From contig JAZQCI010000103.1 of assembly GCA_045546175.1 (NCBI GenBank), positions 26,679 to 90,678 on the forward strand: a stretch of 64,000 nucleotides of DNA. Direction: 5' to 3'. Below, one piece after another: positions 34,659 to 45,130 of this stretch. The notes beneath the pieces were generated by a model that was not told the origin of the DNA, ran no database searches, and worked only from the letters and a program-made list of their open reading frames with translations. The translations under genes were made by a program, and so were the position numbers. The stretch comes from Lachnospiraceae bacterium (GTDB taxonomy: Bacteria > Bacillota > Clostridia > Lachnospirales > Lachnospiraceae). The stretch's first letter is position 1. Every line of letters begins with the position of its first letter.

Positions 34659-36386
34659 CTATCGGAGCACGCGCCGCAGGACATACCTGAGAGTCAGCAC
34701 ATCCACCGGTTTCGAGATGTACGCGTCCATTCCGCTCTCCGCCGCCCTGCTGCGGTCCTCTTTAAAAGCGTTGGCCGTCATGGCGATGATCGGGATCTGT
34801 GCCCTGCTGCGGTCCGGGAGCGTCCGGATCCTCTTTGTCGCCTCATACCCGTCCATGACCGGCATCTGAATATCCATGAGAACTGCCGAGTAGTACCAGG
34901 GATCGGCGCCTGTGATCATCTGGAGCGCTTTTCTGCCGTTCTCCGCAGACTCCACTTTGAAGCCGTCCTCCATGAGCATTTCCTCTGCGATCTCTCTGTT
35001 GAGAGGATTATCTTCTACAAGGAGGAGCCTTCTTCCTTCGATCCATCCCACATCTCCGGCCCTGTTTTTAGTGTGGTCCTCATGATCCCGGAAAACAGCC
35101 ATATCTTCGCCGCTGTCTTCCACAAATTCGCTGACCTGTGCTCTCTGCTCCGGGGACTGCTCGCCGCATCCGCCCAAAGGCCGCAGTTCCAGTTCGACGA
35201 TAAACTCCGTCCCCACGTTCTCTTCGCTCTCCACGCGGATATTGCCGCCCATCATGTCCACAATTCCCTTGGCTATGGACATGCCCAGGCCACTCCCGTA
35301 GGTGTTGTTTCCGGTCCTGCCGGTCTCTCTCTCAAACGGCTCGAAGACATGGCTGATAAAGTCCTTGCCGATCCCGATTCCGGTATCGCTGACTTTGAAC
35401 ACATAGCCGCAGTATCTCCGGCCGCTGATGCACGGTTTCTGAAGGATGGCAAGATTGACCTTTCCGCCGGGCGGCGTGTACTTGACGGCGTTGCTCAGGA
35501 GATTGAGGAGGATCTGCGTGACTCTCGTCTCGTCGCAGAAGACTTCCGGGTTGACGACGGTCTGCATCGATACAGTAAAGTCCAGCCCCTTTTCCGTTAT
35601 CTGCGGCATCATGATGCCCTGGATGTTCTCTACGATCTGTCTGAGGTCGCACCGGTTCTCGCTGATCGTGAGCCTTCCGCTCTCGATCCTGCTCATATCC
35701 AGCACGTCGTTGATCAGGCTCAGCAGATGATTGCTGGACGTGCGGATCTTGTCCAGGGCGTCCTTCACCCTGTCCGTGTCATTCAGATGCGTGGAGGCGA
35801 TATTGGTGAACCCTATGATGGCGTTCATGGGCGTCCTGATGTCGTGGGACATATTGGTCAAAAAAGTGCTCTTGGCCGAATCCGCGCTCCTCGCCCGGTC
35901 CAGGGCCCCTTCGAACAGCTTTCTCTGCTGCAGTTCCCTGCTCATCTCGTCCTGAATGCAGGACACGCCGACAAAAGCCTTCAGTTCCTCCGCCTTGATG
36001 ATCCTCATGCGGAAGTACTCCGGTCCCCTGCTGGTGATGGCCCGGAACACAAAGCTGCAGAACTCTTCGCTTTCCAGTCTGATCCGGAGGCCTTCAAGAG
36101 ATACGGCTCCGATGAACAGGTCGTAGTCATAAGAATAGATACAGCCGTCCGCGATCTCGAGCATGGTGATCGAAAACTTATCCCGAAGCATCGGCGAAAG
36201 GCTCCTGGCAAAACGCCCCGACAGCTTGAAGACCTCGTAGGTATCTTTGGACAGATCAAGCATGAGGGCGATCTCGTATTCTCTGAGCAGCGCGTCCAGG
36301 ATCAGCTTCTGCTTTGCAGAGATCGTGCTGCCGTCTTCATATATATCTTCCGTCTTTCGGACGGATCCTTTATTATCCTTTTTCAT
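34659..36386 (-). CDS. Hybrid sensor histidine kinase/response regulator (cytoplasmic)
   Basis: [25 protein letters not shown], receiver LMDIQMP. Confidence 0.93.
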   Translation of the reverse strand: MKKDNKGSVRKTEDIYEDGSTISAKQKLILDALLREYEIALMLDLSKDTYEVFKLSGRFARSLSPMLRDKFSITMLEIADGCIYSYDYDLFIGAVSLEGLRIRLESEEFCSFVFRAITSRGPEYFRMRIIKAEELKAFVGVSCIQDEMSRELQQRKLFEGALDRARSADSAKSTFLTNMSHDIRTPMNAIIGFTNIASTHLNDTDRVKDALDKIRTSSNHLLSLINDVLDMSRIESGRLTISENRCDLRQIVENIQGIMMPQITEKGLDFTVSMQTVVNPEVFCDETRVTQILLNLLSNAVKYTPPGGKVNLAILQKPCISGRRYCGYVFKVSDTGIGIGKDFISHVFEPFERETGRTGNNTYGSGLGMSIAKGIVDMMGGNIRVESEENVGTEFIVELELRPLGGCGEQSPEQRAQVSEFVEDSGEDMAVFRDHEDHTKNRAGDVGWIEGRRLLLVEDNPLNREIAEEMLMEDGFKVESAENGRKALQMITGADPWYYSAVLMDIQMPVMDGYEATKRIRTLPDRSRAQIPIIAMTANAFKEDRSRAAESGMDAYISKPVDVLTLRYVLRRVLR

Positions 36387-36562
36387 ATTCTGAACTCCGG
36401 TCCGTTTTTGCACTGCCTTCAGCGCTTCTTCTTATGATACCATTTTGAGGGACAAAAATCTTGGCATTGCGCGCAATTTCCTGTTTCAAAATATTGAGAA
36501 CATGTTATAATAGGCAGAAACAACTGCATCCTTGTATACAATTTTTGCAAATGGAGTATTTT

Positions 36563-37921
36563 ATGACAAATAACAACCTTAATTTCCATGACGACAATAT
36601 TTTGGCCAGGTTTTTCGGACGGTCCTCCAACTATACAGATATCCCCAACCCGCTCTTTAAAGAATACAACGTCAAGAAAGGCCTTAGAAATGACGACGGC
36701 ACCGGCGTCCGGATCGGACTCACCAAGGTCTGCGACGTCATCGGCTACACCAAGGACGAAGCCGGCAACGTCATTCGCTGCGAAGGCGACCTGATCTACC
36801 GCGGCTACAGCATCAAGGACCTGCTCATGAACCGCCAGGGCCACTACGGATATGAGGAGACGGTCTTTCTTCTTCTGTTCGGCTATCTGCCGGACCGCAC
36901 GGAATTTGTCAATTTCAAGAAGTGCCTCTCGGACCGCTATGACCTGCCCGCGGATTTCCTCACCAACGACATTCTGAGGACTCCCTCCCGCAACCTCATG
37001 AACAAGCTGCAGTCCAGCACGATCTCTCTCTATAATTATGCCCCCGACCCGGACGCGCAGGATGTGTACCAGACTCTGCTCAAGGGCATCGATCTCGTGG
37101 CCAAGTTCCCTTCGATCGGATGCTACTCCTACTTTGCCAAGATGCACCACTTTTACAGGCAGTCTCTGATTATCCACTATCCCAGGCCCGAGTATTCCAT
37201 CGCGGAGAACATCCTTTACATGCTCCGCTCGGACGGCAAATTTACGGATCATGAGGCGTCCGTTCTCGACGCGATCATGATGATCCACGCGGAGCACGGC
37301 GGCGGCAATAACTCCACGTTTACGAATGTCGTCATGGGCTCCACCGGCACCGATCTCTATTCCGCGGTCTGCGGTTCCATCGGTTCCCTCAAGGGCCCCA
37401 AGCACGGCGGCGCCAGCATCAGTGTCTATAAGATGATGCAGCAGATCATCGCCGACACGCATTATTCCAGCGACGAAGGGCTTCTGCGCTCTATCGTGGA
37501 CAAGATCCTGGACAAGGATTATTACGACAACTCAGGTCTCGTATACGGTTTCGGACACGCCGTCTACACTCTCAGCGATCCCCGCTGCGAGCTTCTTCGC
37601 AGCCTGTGCAAGACCCTCGCCGATGAGCAGGGCTGCCCTGAGAGATACAAATTCTACGCCACCTTTGAGAAAGTGGTCAAGCAGGCGGTCATGGAGAACC
37701 GAGGAAAGCCGATCTGCGCCAACGTCGACTACTACTCCGGCTTCGCCTACACCATGCTGGGCATCCCGGAGGACCTCTTCACACCGCTGTTCGCCATCGC
37801 GCGCGTGGCCGGCTGGGTCGCCCACAACGTGGAGAACAAGATGTACGACGGAAAGATCATGCGTCCTGCCACCAAGTACATCGGTGAGCACCAGAAATAT
37901 ATTCCGATGAAAAAAAGATAA
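36563..37921 (+). CDS. gltA: Citrate synthase
   Basis: HAEHGGGNNST, GPKHGGA, GFGHAVY, ANVDYYSG. Confidence 0.93.
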   Translation: MTNNNLNFHDDNILARFFGRSSNYTDIPNPLFKEYNVKKGLRNDDGTGVRIGLTKVCDVIGYTKDEAGNVIRCEGDLIYRGYSIKDLLMNRQGHYGYEETVFLLLFGYLPDRTEFVNFKKCLSDRYDLPADFLTNDILRTPSRNLMNKLQSSTISLYNYAPDPDAQDVYQTLLKGIDLVAKFPSIGCYSYFAKMHHFYRQSLIIHYPRPEYSIAENILYMLRSDGKFTDHEASVLDAIMMIHAEHGGGNNSTFTNVVMGSTGTDLYSAVCGSIGSLKGPKHGGASISVYKMMQQIIADTHYSSDEGLLRSIVDKILDKDYYDNSGLVYGFGHAVYTLSDPRCELLRSLCKTLADEQGCPERYKFYATFEKVVKQAVMENRGKPICANVDYYSGFAYTMLGIPEDLFTPLFAIARVAGWVAHNVENKMYDGKIMRPATKYIGEHQKYIPMKKR

Positions 37922-37968
37922 AGAGACACGGGGCCGGTTCATCAGAACCGGCCCCATGTCTCTTTTTT
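37921..37968. terminator. Bidirectional terminator between gltA and purF
   Basis: GAGACACGGGGCCGGTTC-ATCA-GAACCGGCCCCATGTCTC-T6. Confidence 0.85.
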
Positions 37969-37975
37969 GTGTGAA

Positions 37976-39400
37976 TTATTCTTTGCCGCTCCAGCAGTAT
38001 GTGCACAGCTTGCAGGGCTCCAGATTGATCGCCTCGATCATGTCGTCCAGGCGGTGATAGTGGAGCGATGTGAAGTTCAGCTCCTTGCGGATCTCCTCGA
38101 GCATCGCGTGGTACTGGTCCGAATCGGGATCCGTGTATTTCTCCAGGACCGCGTCGCTGAACTTGGAAGTTCCTTCGAGCATCTCCATCTTTCTGCGGGT
38201 GATCAGCTCCTTCTCCGAGTCAGACCTGGAAAAGTTGAGATACTTGCACCCGAATACCAGAGGCGGGCAGGCGGGGCGGATATGCACTTCCACCGCGCCG
38301 CTGTTGTATAGGTATTCCGTGGTCTCGCGCAGCTGTGTTCCGCGCACGATGGAATCGTCGATCAGAAGAAGTCTCTTTCCGCCGATCAGCTCGTGAATGG
38401 GGATGAGCTTCATCTTGGCGATCAGGTCTCTCCTGCTCTGATGCGTGGGCATGAAAGATCTGGGCCAGGTAGGCGTATACTTGACGAACGGCCTGGAGTA
38501 AGGCACGCCCGATCTGTTGGCGTATCCCACCGCATGGGCCACGCCCGAGTCCGGGACGCCCGCCACGCAGTCGGGGTGAATGTTGCCGCGCCTGATATCT
38601 CTCTCGGCCAGCTTCATGCCGCATCCGTACCGCATATCTTCGACGTTGAGTCCCTCATAAGAGGAGGCGGGGAAACCGTAATAGATCCAGAGGAAGCTGC
38701 AGATCCTCATCTCCTTGCGGGCGGGGATCCTTGTCTCGTACCCTTCCGGCTCAATAAAGACAACTTCGCCCGGTCCCAGCTCCTTTTCCGGGGTGTATCC
38801 CAGATTAAGGAAGGAAAAGCTCTCGAAACAAACGCAGTAGCCCGTCTCTTTTTTGCCGATGATGCAAGGGGTTCTCCCCCACTTGTCCCTGGAAGCATAG
38901 ATGCCCTTGGGCGTCATGATCAGGAAAGTCATGGACCCCTCGATCACTTCCTGGGCATACAGGATGCCCTCCTCGAAATCTTTCTTCTGGTTGATGAGAG
39001 AAGCGACCATTTCCGTCGGATTGATGTCGCCGCCGCTCATCTCCAGGAAATGAGAATGCGTCCCCGCAAAAAGCATATCCGTGAGCTTATCGATATTGTT
39101 GATCTTGCCGACCGTCGTGATGGCGTATGTGCCGTGATGAGAGCGGACGATCAGAGGCTGCGGCTCATAGTCGCTTATGCATCCGATTCCGAGATTTCCC
39201 TTCATCTTTACAAGGTCCTTCTCAAATTTGGGCCTGAAGTTTGAACTCTCGATATTGTGGATCGCTCTGTCAAATCCCTTCTCGGAGTCGTATACTGCCA
39301 TTCCTGCGCGTCTGGTGCCAAGGTGTGAATGATAGTCTGTTCCGTAAAACAGGTCAAATACTACATCTTCGCGCAGCGCGGCGCCAAAAAAACCACCCAT
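37976..39400 (-). CDS. purF: Amidophosphoribosyltransferase (N-terminal Cys absent)
   Basis: GVPDSG, IDDSIVRGT PRPP motif, LCTYCW Fe-S ligands; starts MGGFFG. Confidence 0.92.
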   Translation of the reverse strand: MGGFFGAALREDVVFDLFYGTDYHSHLGTRRAGMAVYDSEKGFDRAIHNIESSNFRPKFEKDLVKMKGNLGIGCISDYEPQPLIVRSHHGTYAITTVGKINNIDKLTDMLFAGTHSHFLEMSGGDINPTEMVASLINQKKDFEEGILYAQEVIEGSMTFLIMTPKGIYASRDKWGRTPCIIGKKETGYCVCFESFSFLNLGYTPEKELGPGEVVFIEPEGYETRIPARKEMRICSFLWIYYGFPASSYEGLNVEDMRYGCGMKLAERDIRRGNIHPDCVAGVPDSGVAHAVGYANRSGVPYSRPFVKYTPTWPRSFMPTHQSRRDLIAKMKLIPIHELIGGKRLLLIDDSIVRGTQLRETTEYLYNSGAVEVHIRPACPPLVFGCKYLNFSRSDSEKELITRRKMEMLEGTSKFSDAVLEKYTDPDSDQYHAMLEEIRKELNFTSLHYHRLDDMIEAINLEPCKLCTYCWSGKE

Positions 39401-39560
39401 AGGACCTCCTAACTTAGTGAATTCGTGATCAAATCTAACCAATGGTAATATTATCATCTGGAGACTTGATTTGTAATCTGTGGGAATCCACTAAATAAGT
39501 CGCATCTAATGGGTGGTTTTGGTCAAAATAGACAACCGTAATATTATGCATTTGTCTATT

Positions 39561-40472
39561 CTAGCGATATCCGGGCTGTATGAAGCAGAGGATATCCCTG
39601 TAGACGATCTCTTTATCTGTTTCGTTGAGGATCTCATGCCGCATGCCGGGATAGAGTTTGAGGATCGCCCCGGTGATCCCGAGACTCCTGTATTTTCTCC
39701 AGAGCCAGACGGGGCCTTTTCCCATGCGGCCCACAGGGTCATCCTGTCCGGATATGATAAAGATCTTCTCGCGGCTCGAGATCTTCTTCATCTCCCTGTT
39801 GTCCCAGATGGCCGAGAGCCCCTTCAGGAATTCCTTCCAGAATCCGCCTGTGTTCTCCTGCCCGCAGTAGGGATCATCGATGTAAGACTGCACATTCTCC
39901 TTGTTATAAGAGAGCCAGTCGAATTCCGTCTCTCTGTCCTTCACGGCTTTGGCAAAGCTGCCCATCCCCAGGTTCTGCAGGGTGGGATTGGACTGATACC
40001 AGTTGCGGTCCTGCACCAGGCCCTTGGCCAGGTTGTAGCCCGTCTTCATCAGTCTCCTCTGTCCGCCGTTGGAGCCGCACAAAATAATTCCGTTCGTGCT
40101 CATGGGGTATTTTTCCAAAAAAGCCTGGACGATAAAGGACCCCATCGAGTGCCCCATCAGAAAGGTGGGAAGTCCGTTCGAGGACGCAAGCTTTACCATC
40201 TGCATGAGGGCCTTGACCGTTTTGTCAAAGGCACCTTGCGGCCAGCGCTCCAGAAAATCCGCGGAAGGCGCGTTCAGCCCCTGTCCGAACGCGTCAAGGC
40301 ACCAGACATTAATGTGATGCCCGTTCATCCACTGCGCAAACGGCTCGTAGCGCCGCGCGTATTCGTTCATTCCTGTGATAATTGTGAGATTTGTCACCGC
40401 GTTCTCAGCCGGCCAGAACCATCCCTTCAGGCTCTCTCCGCTTCTGATCCTGACTTCAAAAATCTCAGACAT
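39561..40472 (-). CDS. Alpha/beta hydrolase (lysophospholipase-like)
   Basis: GHSMG nucleophile elbow, GQDDPVG, RHEILNE. Confidence 0.9.
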   Translation of the reverse strand: MSEIFEVRIRSGESLKGWFWPAENAVTNLTIITGMNEYARRYEPFAQWMNGHHINVWCLDAFGQGLNAPSADFLERWPQGAFDKTVKALMQMVKLASSNGLPTFLMGHSMGSFIVQAFLEKYPMSTNGIILCGSNGGQRRLMKTGYNLAKGLVQDRNWYQSNPTLQNLGMGSFAKAVKDRETEFDWLSYNKENVQSYIDDPYCGQENTGGFWKEFLKGLSAIWDNREMKKISSREKIFIISGQDDPVGRMGKGPVWLWRKYRSLGITGAILKLYPGMRHEILNETDKEIVYRDILCFIQPGYR

Positions 40473-41292
40473 TTTCCGTTCCCGCTTCCTCGCCCAAAGC
40501 TTCATTGGCGACGTCCACCAGCGCGCCGGCTGCTGCCTCTCTCTCTTCCTGAGCCAGTCTTGCGCTCTCCTCGACCGCCTCTTTCTTCGCCTGAAGCTTT
40601 GCAGCTTTTTCATTCTCTCTGGCAGCCTTTTCCGCTTTTACGATCTTTCTGCAGTCGCCGCAGATCGTCGGAATGTGCTCCCATCCCTTGTTGATCCTGA
40701 AAGCCTTGCCGCACTTGGCGCATACCCGATCTTCCCAGTTGGCTTTATCTTTATCAAAACAGTCCTTGCAGAGATTGGGAATATGCTTCCACTCGACGTT
40801 GTAGCGAATCGGTACGCCGCAGATCTTGCAGGGCTTCTCTTTCCACTTTGCCTGTTCCTTGGCGTTCTCACTCTTTAAATATTCCAGCCTTGCGTTAAAT
40901 CCGTCCCAGGCTTCCTGTACCTTATCTCTGAGTATCTTCTGGGTATCAAGGGCTTTGTTAAATGCCGCCCGCGCCTCGTCCAGCTCCCCGAAGCAGGCCT
41001 TCTTGGACTCATAGATCTCCGTAAGCTTCTCCTGCATTGACTGCGCCAGCGAGCGGTGCTCGTCAGCAGCATCGCGGTCACCGTTTGCGCGTTCCGTTCT
41101 CATGGCACCGTATTCTGCGTCAATTCCCTTCTTCAGTTCCGAAATCTTCGCATTAAATGTCTGAATCCGGCTCCCCGTCTCATTTAATCGCGCCTTGGTC
41201 TCGTCTGTGATTTTTTTTGCTGCTGCATATGCAGATCTTGCACTGCTGAGTGCCTCGCCAAGGCGAGACAGCTCCGGATCTTTACCAGACAT
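40465..41292 (-). CDS. Coiled-coil protein with two zinc-ribbon repeats
   Basis: CKICG..WKHIPNLCKDC and CAKCG..WEHIPTICGDC. Confidence 0.8.
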   Translation of the reverse strand: MSGKDPELSRLGEALSSARSAYAAAKKITDETKARLNETGSRIQTFNAKISELKKGIDAEYGAMRTERANGDRDAADEHRSLAQSMQEKLTEIYESKKACFGELDEARAAFNKALDTQKILRDKVQEAWDGFNARLEYLKSENAKEQAKWKEKPCKICGVPIRYNVEWKHIPNLCKDCFDKDKANWEDRVCAKCGKAFRINKGWEHIPTICGDCRKIVKAEKAARENEKAAKLQAKKEAVEESARLAQEEREAAAGALVDVANEALGEEAGTENV

Positions 41293-41470
41293 GTTCAAAA
41301 CCTCCTGTACCCGTTACATAAAACCTATTCTGAGTCCCGCAGGACCCTCACCTATTTATTATATTTTCGTTGATTTATCATGTAAATATAAAAATTCAAT
41401 AAACTTGCGTTATGGACTAAATTTGAATCAATTCCCGTTTATCGCCGCGCAAAGCGAACAGATTCACCCG

Positions 41471-44086
41471 TCAGATACTGCGCAGGATCGTCTCTATTTT
41501 GTCCGCGCCTCCCTCATCCAGCTTGAGGATCAGGGTCACCTCGCCTGTCCGCTCGTTAACGGACTGGTGCAAGGGGGGAAGAAGCTGTGCGCCCACCGCC
41601 AGATAGAGCAGCTGGCAGATGATCTTCTCGGAATCCGTCCACTGAATCTTCTCTCCGTAGGCGTTTATGCGCGTACGGATCATCTCCACCGGATAGGTCA
41701 CGGGATAGGTGCGCTGACTGCGCATCTCTCCCCGCAGGTGGAACATTTCCAGCTGTCCCAGCATGAAGCGCAGAATCTCTCCCACCTGCTCGCTGTAGAT
41801 CCTCTCGGCGCTCATGGCGACGTCCTTAAAAGCGAGTTTTACGGGTTCCTCATCGCCCAGAAGCCTTACGGTCACCGTTCCCTCGTCCTCGGGCCTTACA
41901 GTGCTCGCGCCTTCTCTGCTTGTCGTGCAGTAGCGGAACAGTTTTCTGACGTTCAGTTCCCCGAGTTCCCAGTGATTTTTCTTCTGTTTCTCGTGATAGT
42001 CGTCAAAGGCTCTCGCATAGGCGGACCAGTTCTCCCGGACCTGGTTCATTCTCTCTTCGCTCCTGCCGTATTCCTTCACGGAACCTGTCAGCAGCTCTTC
42101 AATCGAGGCTGTCCTCTGCCTGTCGTCGTGATTGATCCTGCCGAGGATCAAATCGACTCTCTTTCTTAATCCGTCGTTGGGATAAAATATAGCGTTCTTG
42201 AACACGACCGCAAAGCGCAGGGCGCCGTTCGGTTCCATTCCCGCTATTGCTGCCAGAAAGAGCAGAAAGCGCTCGCACTGCATCTGGTTCATATGCAGCA
42301 GGTATTTCACCGGGTGATCAAGAAAACGTTCCTCCTCCATGATGCGGGCGAAGGAGCGCAGCTCCTGCTCATATCCTTCCTGGGCGTTCTCCCCTTTGTG
42401 CTCCGAGAGCTGCTGAAAGTAATCCTTGCGTTTATAGACAGCCTGGCTCCTGAGTCCGCCGTAATTGAACTTCCAGGAGACGGCCGCCTTCTCGAAGAAG
42501 TCTCTCAGTGCCGCAATCTCCTCCGAGACGCCCGCCGCTCTCCAGCCGCCGATCCGGTGCATGACCTGCCGCGCGCCGTCGTTGGAAGGAGTCTCCAGCC
42601 AGGTCAGGGCCGCGTCCGCAAAGACTGCGGCGTCGTGCTCATCCATGCCGTTAAGCGCGGCGCTCAGATCCACAAATTTCTCGATCTCTTCCCTGTCCAT
42701 ATCGCGCAGGAATTTGATCGGATCCTCGACAAATTCGCTGTTTTCCAGAATATCCGCAAAATGCTGCAGATCCTCGGGAACCACATTGTCGGCGATCACA
42801 TGTCCGTAGGCCTCTTCATAGGCGGCCCAGTCCGCTTTCACGATATTTCTGCATTTTTTATAGTTATATCTCCAGATGGAGACCAGGTCCCAGATATCCT
42901 GCTCGACGGCGTAAGTCCTGTCGTCGTCGTTCTCATTTTCCCAGCCGAAGAAGGAATCCATTTCCGTCGCGTTCTCCTGCTCCGGATCCAGAAGCCATCT
43001 TGTGATCAGGAAGGCCGCCAGGGCGGCGTTTTCGGGCGAACTCGAAGAGGCGTGCAGCATAGTCAGGAAGTGAATGTCCTGTTCCCGCTTCATCTGCTGC
43101 CGCAAAAACGTGAGCGGATCGTTCTGGAACTGCGCGATATTGAGCACCGCCTCGTCCAGATAAAGCTCCGGCACGATCGGCTCCTGTCCGTCCTGGGGAA
43201 GCTGCCGGAAATAGACGCCGTACTCCTCCCACTTCTCACATACGGCTCTTCTGCAGCCGTTCTGGTTCGTGTGCCACATATAAGCGGCGCTGCGCAGGTA
43301 ATTATTGAAAAAGGCGCGTCTCTTCAAGTCGTCCTTGAAGTCCTTGCTGTCCATATCCATATGGACCATGAGAGTCAGGGTCTGGATCTCCGGATCCTCC
43401 GGATACTTCACATATATATTAAGAAGATTTCCGAAATCTCTCACAAACTCCCTGCTGCTCTTCTCCGACCGCACGGCGACGCTGGTACCGGCGGCGTGCT
43501 CATGCTCATATATGCTCTCGGCAATCAGTGCGATATAGCGGAGCCTCTCCTCCTCGCGTATGCTCAGAAGGTAACTCACCGGGTTCTCCCTGAAGGCTCT
43601 CTCTCCCAGTCCCCGGTCATAGCTGACGATCTCCTCCGGGATATCCTCCTGTGCTCTGACCGCCGCCATCCAGCGGGCTCTGTACACGGAAGCGGCTTCC
43701 TGCCACTCCCTTCTGCACAGAAGCTGGTTGTCTCTGAAGAACTGTCCGGTCACGCGGTAGCGGTCATTAAAGAAATCCGTTACTTCCTGCATGGATCGGA
43801 AGTTCTGCCCCGAGATCCATAAATTGAGCATGCGGACAGAGAGATCGGACCTTCTGACCAGATACTCGTTTACAGCGAGGATATAGTCCGTCTCAAAATA
43901 GTCCTCGGACCCGTTTTCTATCGCGATCAGCGCTTCCAGAAAGATCAGGAACCAGAGCCTGTCTCTCAGGGTCGCCCTGCTCAGGAAAAAGGTCGGAGAA
44001 TCCATAAACTCTTCGCCGCTCTGCGCGGTGCCGGACAGCACCGCAAAGCACCTTTTTTCTGTTTGTTTCAAATGCAGATCATCCAT
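41471..44086 (-). CDS. Hypothetical 871-aa protein with five internal repeats
   Basis: Long ORF with host-like codon use; repeated F..[NDHS]P..[FY]L motif. Confidence 0.8.
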   Translation of the reverse strand: MDDLHLKQTEKRCFAVLSGTAQSGEEFMDSPTFFLSRATLRDRLWFLIFLEALIAIENGSEDYFETDYILAVNEYLVRRSDLSVRMLNLWISGQNFRSMQEVTDFFNDRYRVTGQFFRDNQLLCRREWQEAASVYRARWMAAVRAQEDIPEEIVSYDRGLGERAFRENPVSYLLSIREEERLRYIALIAESIYEHEHAAGTSVAVRSEKSSREFVRDFGNLLNIYVKYPEDPEIQTLTLMVHMDMDSKDFKDDLKRRAFFNNYLRSAAYMWHTNQNGCRRAVCEKWEEYGVYFRQLPQDGQEPIVPELYLDEAVLNIAQFQNDPLTFLRQQMKREQDIHFLTMLHASSSSPENAALAAFLITRWLLDPEQENATEMDSFFGWENENDDDRTYAVEQDIWDLVSIWRYNYKKCRNIVKADWAAYEEAYGHVIADNVVPEDLQHFADILENSEFVEDPIKFLRDMDREEIEKFVDLSAALNGMDEHDAAVFADAALTWLETPSNDGARQVMHRIGGWRAAGVSEEIAALRDFFEKAAVSWKFNYGGLRSQAVYKRKDYFQQLSEHKGENAQEGYEQELRSFARIMEEERFLDHPVKYLLHMNQMQCERFLLFLAAIAGMEPNGALRFAVVFKNAIFYPNDGLRKRVDLILGRINHDDRQRTASIEELLTGSVKEYGRSEERMNQVRENWSAYARAFDDYHEKQKKNHWELGELNVRKLFRYCTTSREGASTVRPEDEGTVTVRLLGDEEPVKLAFKDVAMSAERIYSEQVGEILRFMLGQLEMFHLRGEMRSQRTYPVTYPVEMIRTRINAYGEKIQWTDSEKIICQLLYLAVGAQLLPPLHQSVNERTGEVTLILKLDEGGADKIETILRSI

Positions 44087-44150
44087 ACGTTATCCCAGTT
44101 CTTCATACATAGACTGTGAGGTGCGCTCCCGCCGGGGGAGACATGATGGC

Positions 44151-45068
44151 TTAGCGGATCTCGTTCAGATCATAAGGCGTCAGCTGGTATACATAGTAGT
44201 TGAGCCAGTTGCTGTACAAAAGATAGCTGTGCGCACGCCACTCCAGAAGAGGCTTTTTCTCCGGATCATCGTCAGGGAAGTAGTTGACCGGGATCGCGGT
44301 CCCGAGTCCTTTTCGCGCGTCTCTTACATACTCATCTCTGAGGGTATTGCGGTCATACTCCGCATGCCCCATGATAAAGATCTTCCTGCCGTCCCGCGAC
44401 ATGCATAAGAGGACACCGGCCTCATCGGATTCCGCCAGGATCCTGAGATCCTTGCACCCGTGGATCGCTCTGGCGGGAACTTCCGTGTAGCGGCTGTGCG
44501 GGATCAGGAAATAATCATCGAAGCCGCGGACCAGGGGTTCTCTTCTGTGGCGCACCTTGTGCGAGTAGACGCCGAACAGCTTTTGCGGCAGCATCTTCTT
44601 CTGAATCCCGTAATGGTAGTAGAGTCCCGCCTGCGCGCCCCAGCAGATGTGGAAAGTGCTGAACACGTTCGTCTTGCTCCAGGCAAATACTTCACAGAGC
44701 TCCGGCCAGTAGTCGACTTCTTCATATTCCATCTTCTCTACAGGAGCTCCCGTGATGATGAGGCCGTCAAACCGCTGTGACTTCAGCTCATCAAAGGTAT
44801 AGTAGAATTTCTGAAGATGGGAGATCGCCGTGTTGAGGGACTTGTGGGAGCTCATGCGCATGAACGTGACATCGATCTGCAGAGGCGTGTTGGAGAGCAT
44901 TCGCAGAAGCTGCAGCTCCGTCTCCTCTTTCTTGGGCATCAGGTTCAGAATACAGAGCTGCAGGGGACGGATGTCCTGGTGCGTCGCGCGATTCTCGTCG
45001 ACGACAAACAGGTTCTCTTTCTCAAGTATTTCCTTAACCGGCAGGTCATTCTGTATTTTGATAGGCAT
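44151..45068 (-). CDS. metA: Homoserine O-acyltransferase (probably acetyl-specific)
   Basis: LNLMP, ITGAPVE (Glu typical of acetyltransferases), [12 protein letters not shown]. Confidence 0.93.
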   Translation of the reverse strand: MPIKIQNDLPVKEILEKENLFVVDENRATHQDIRPLQLCILNLMPKKEETELQLLRMLSNTPLQIDVTFMRMSSHKSLNTAISHLQKFYYTFDELKSQRFDGLIITGAPVEKMEYEEVDYWPELCEVFAWSKTNVFSTFHICWGAQAGLYYHYGIQKKMLPQKLFGVYSHKVRHRREPLVRGFDDYFLIPHSRYTEVPARAIHGCKDLRILAESDEAGVLLCMSRDGRKIFIMGHAEYDRNTLRDEYVRDARKGLGTAIPVNYFPDDDPEKKPLLEWRAHSYLLYSNWLNYYVYQLTPYDLNEIR

Positions 45069-45130
45069 GTCTATCCCTCCCTTTAGTTCAGATCCCGCAA
45101 AGCGGGCCGCCGCGCGTCTTCTCCGCGCCC

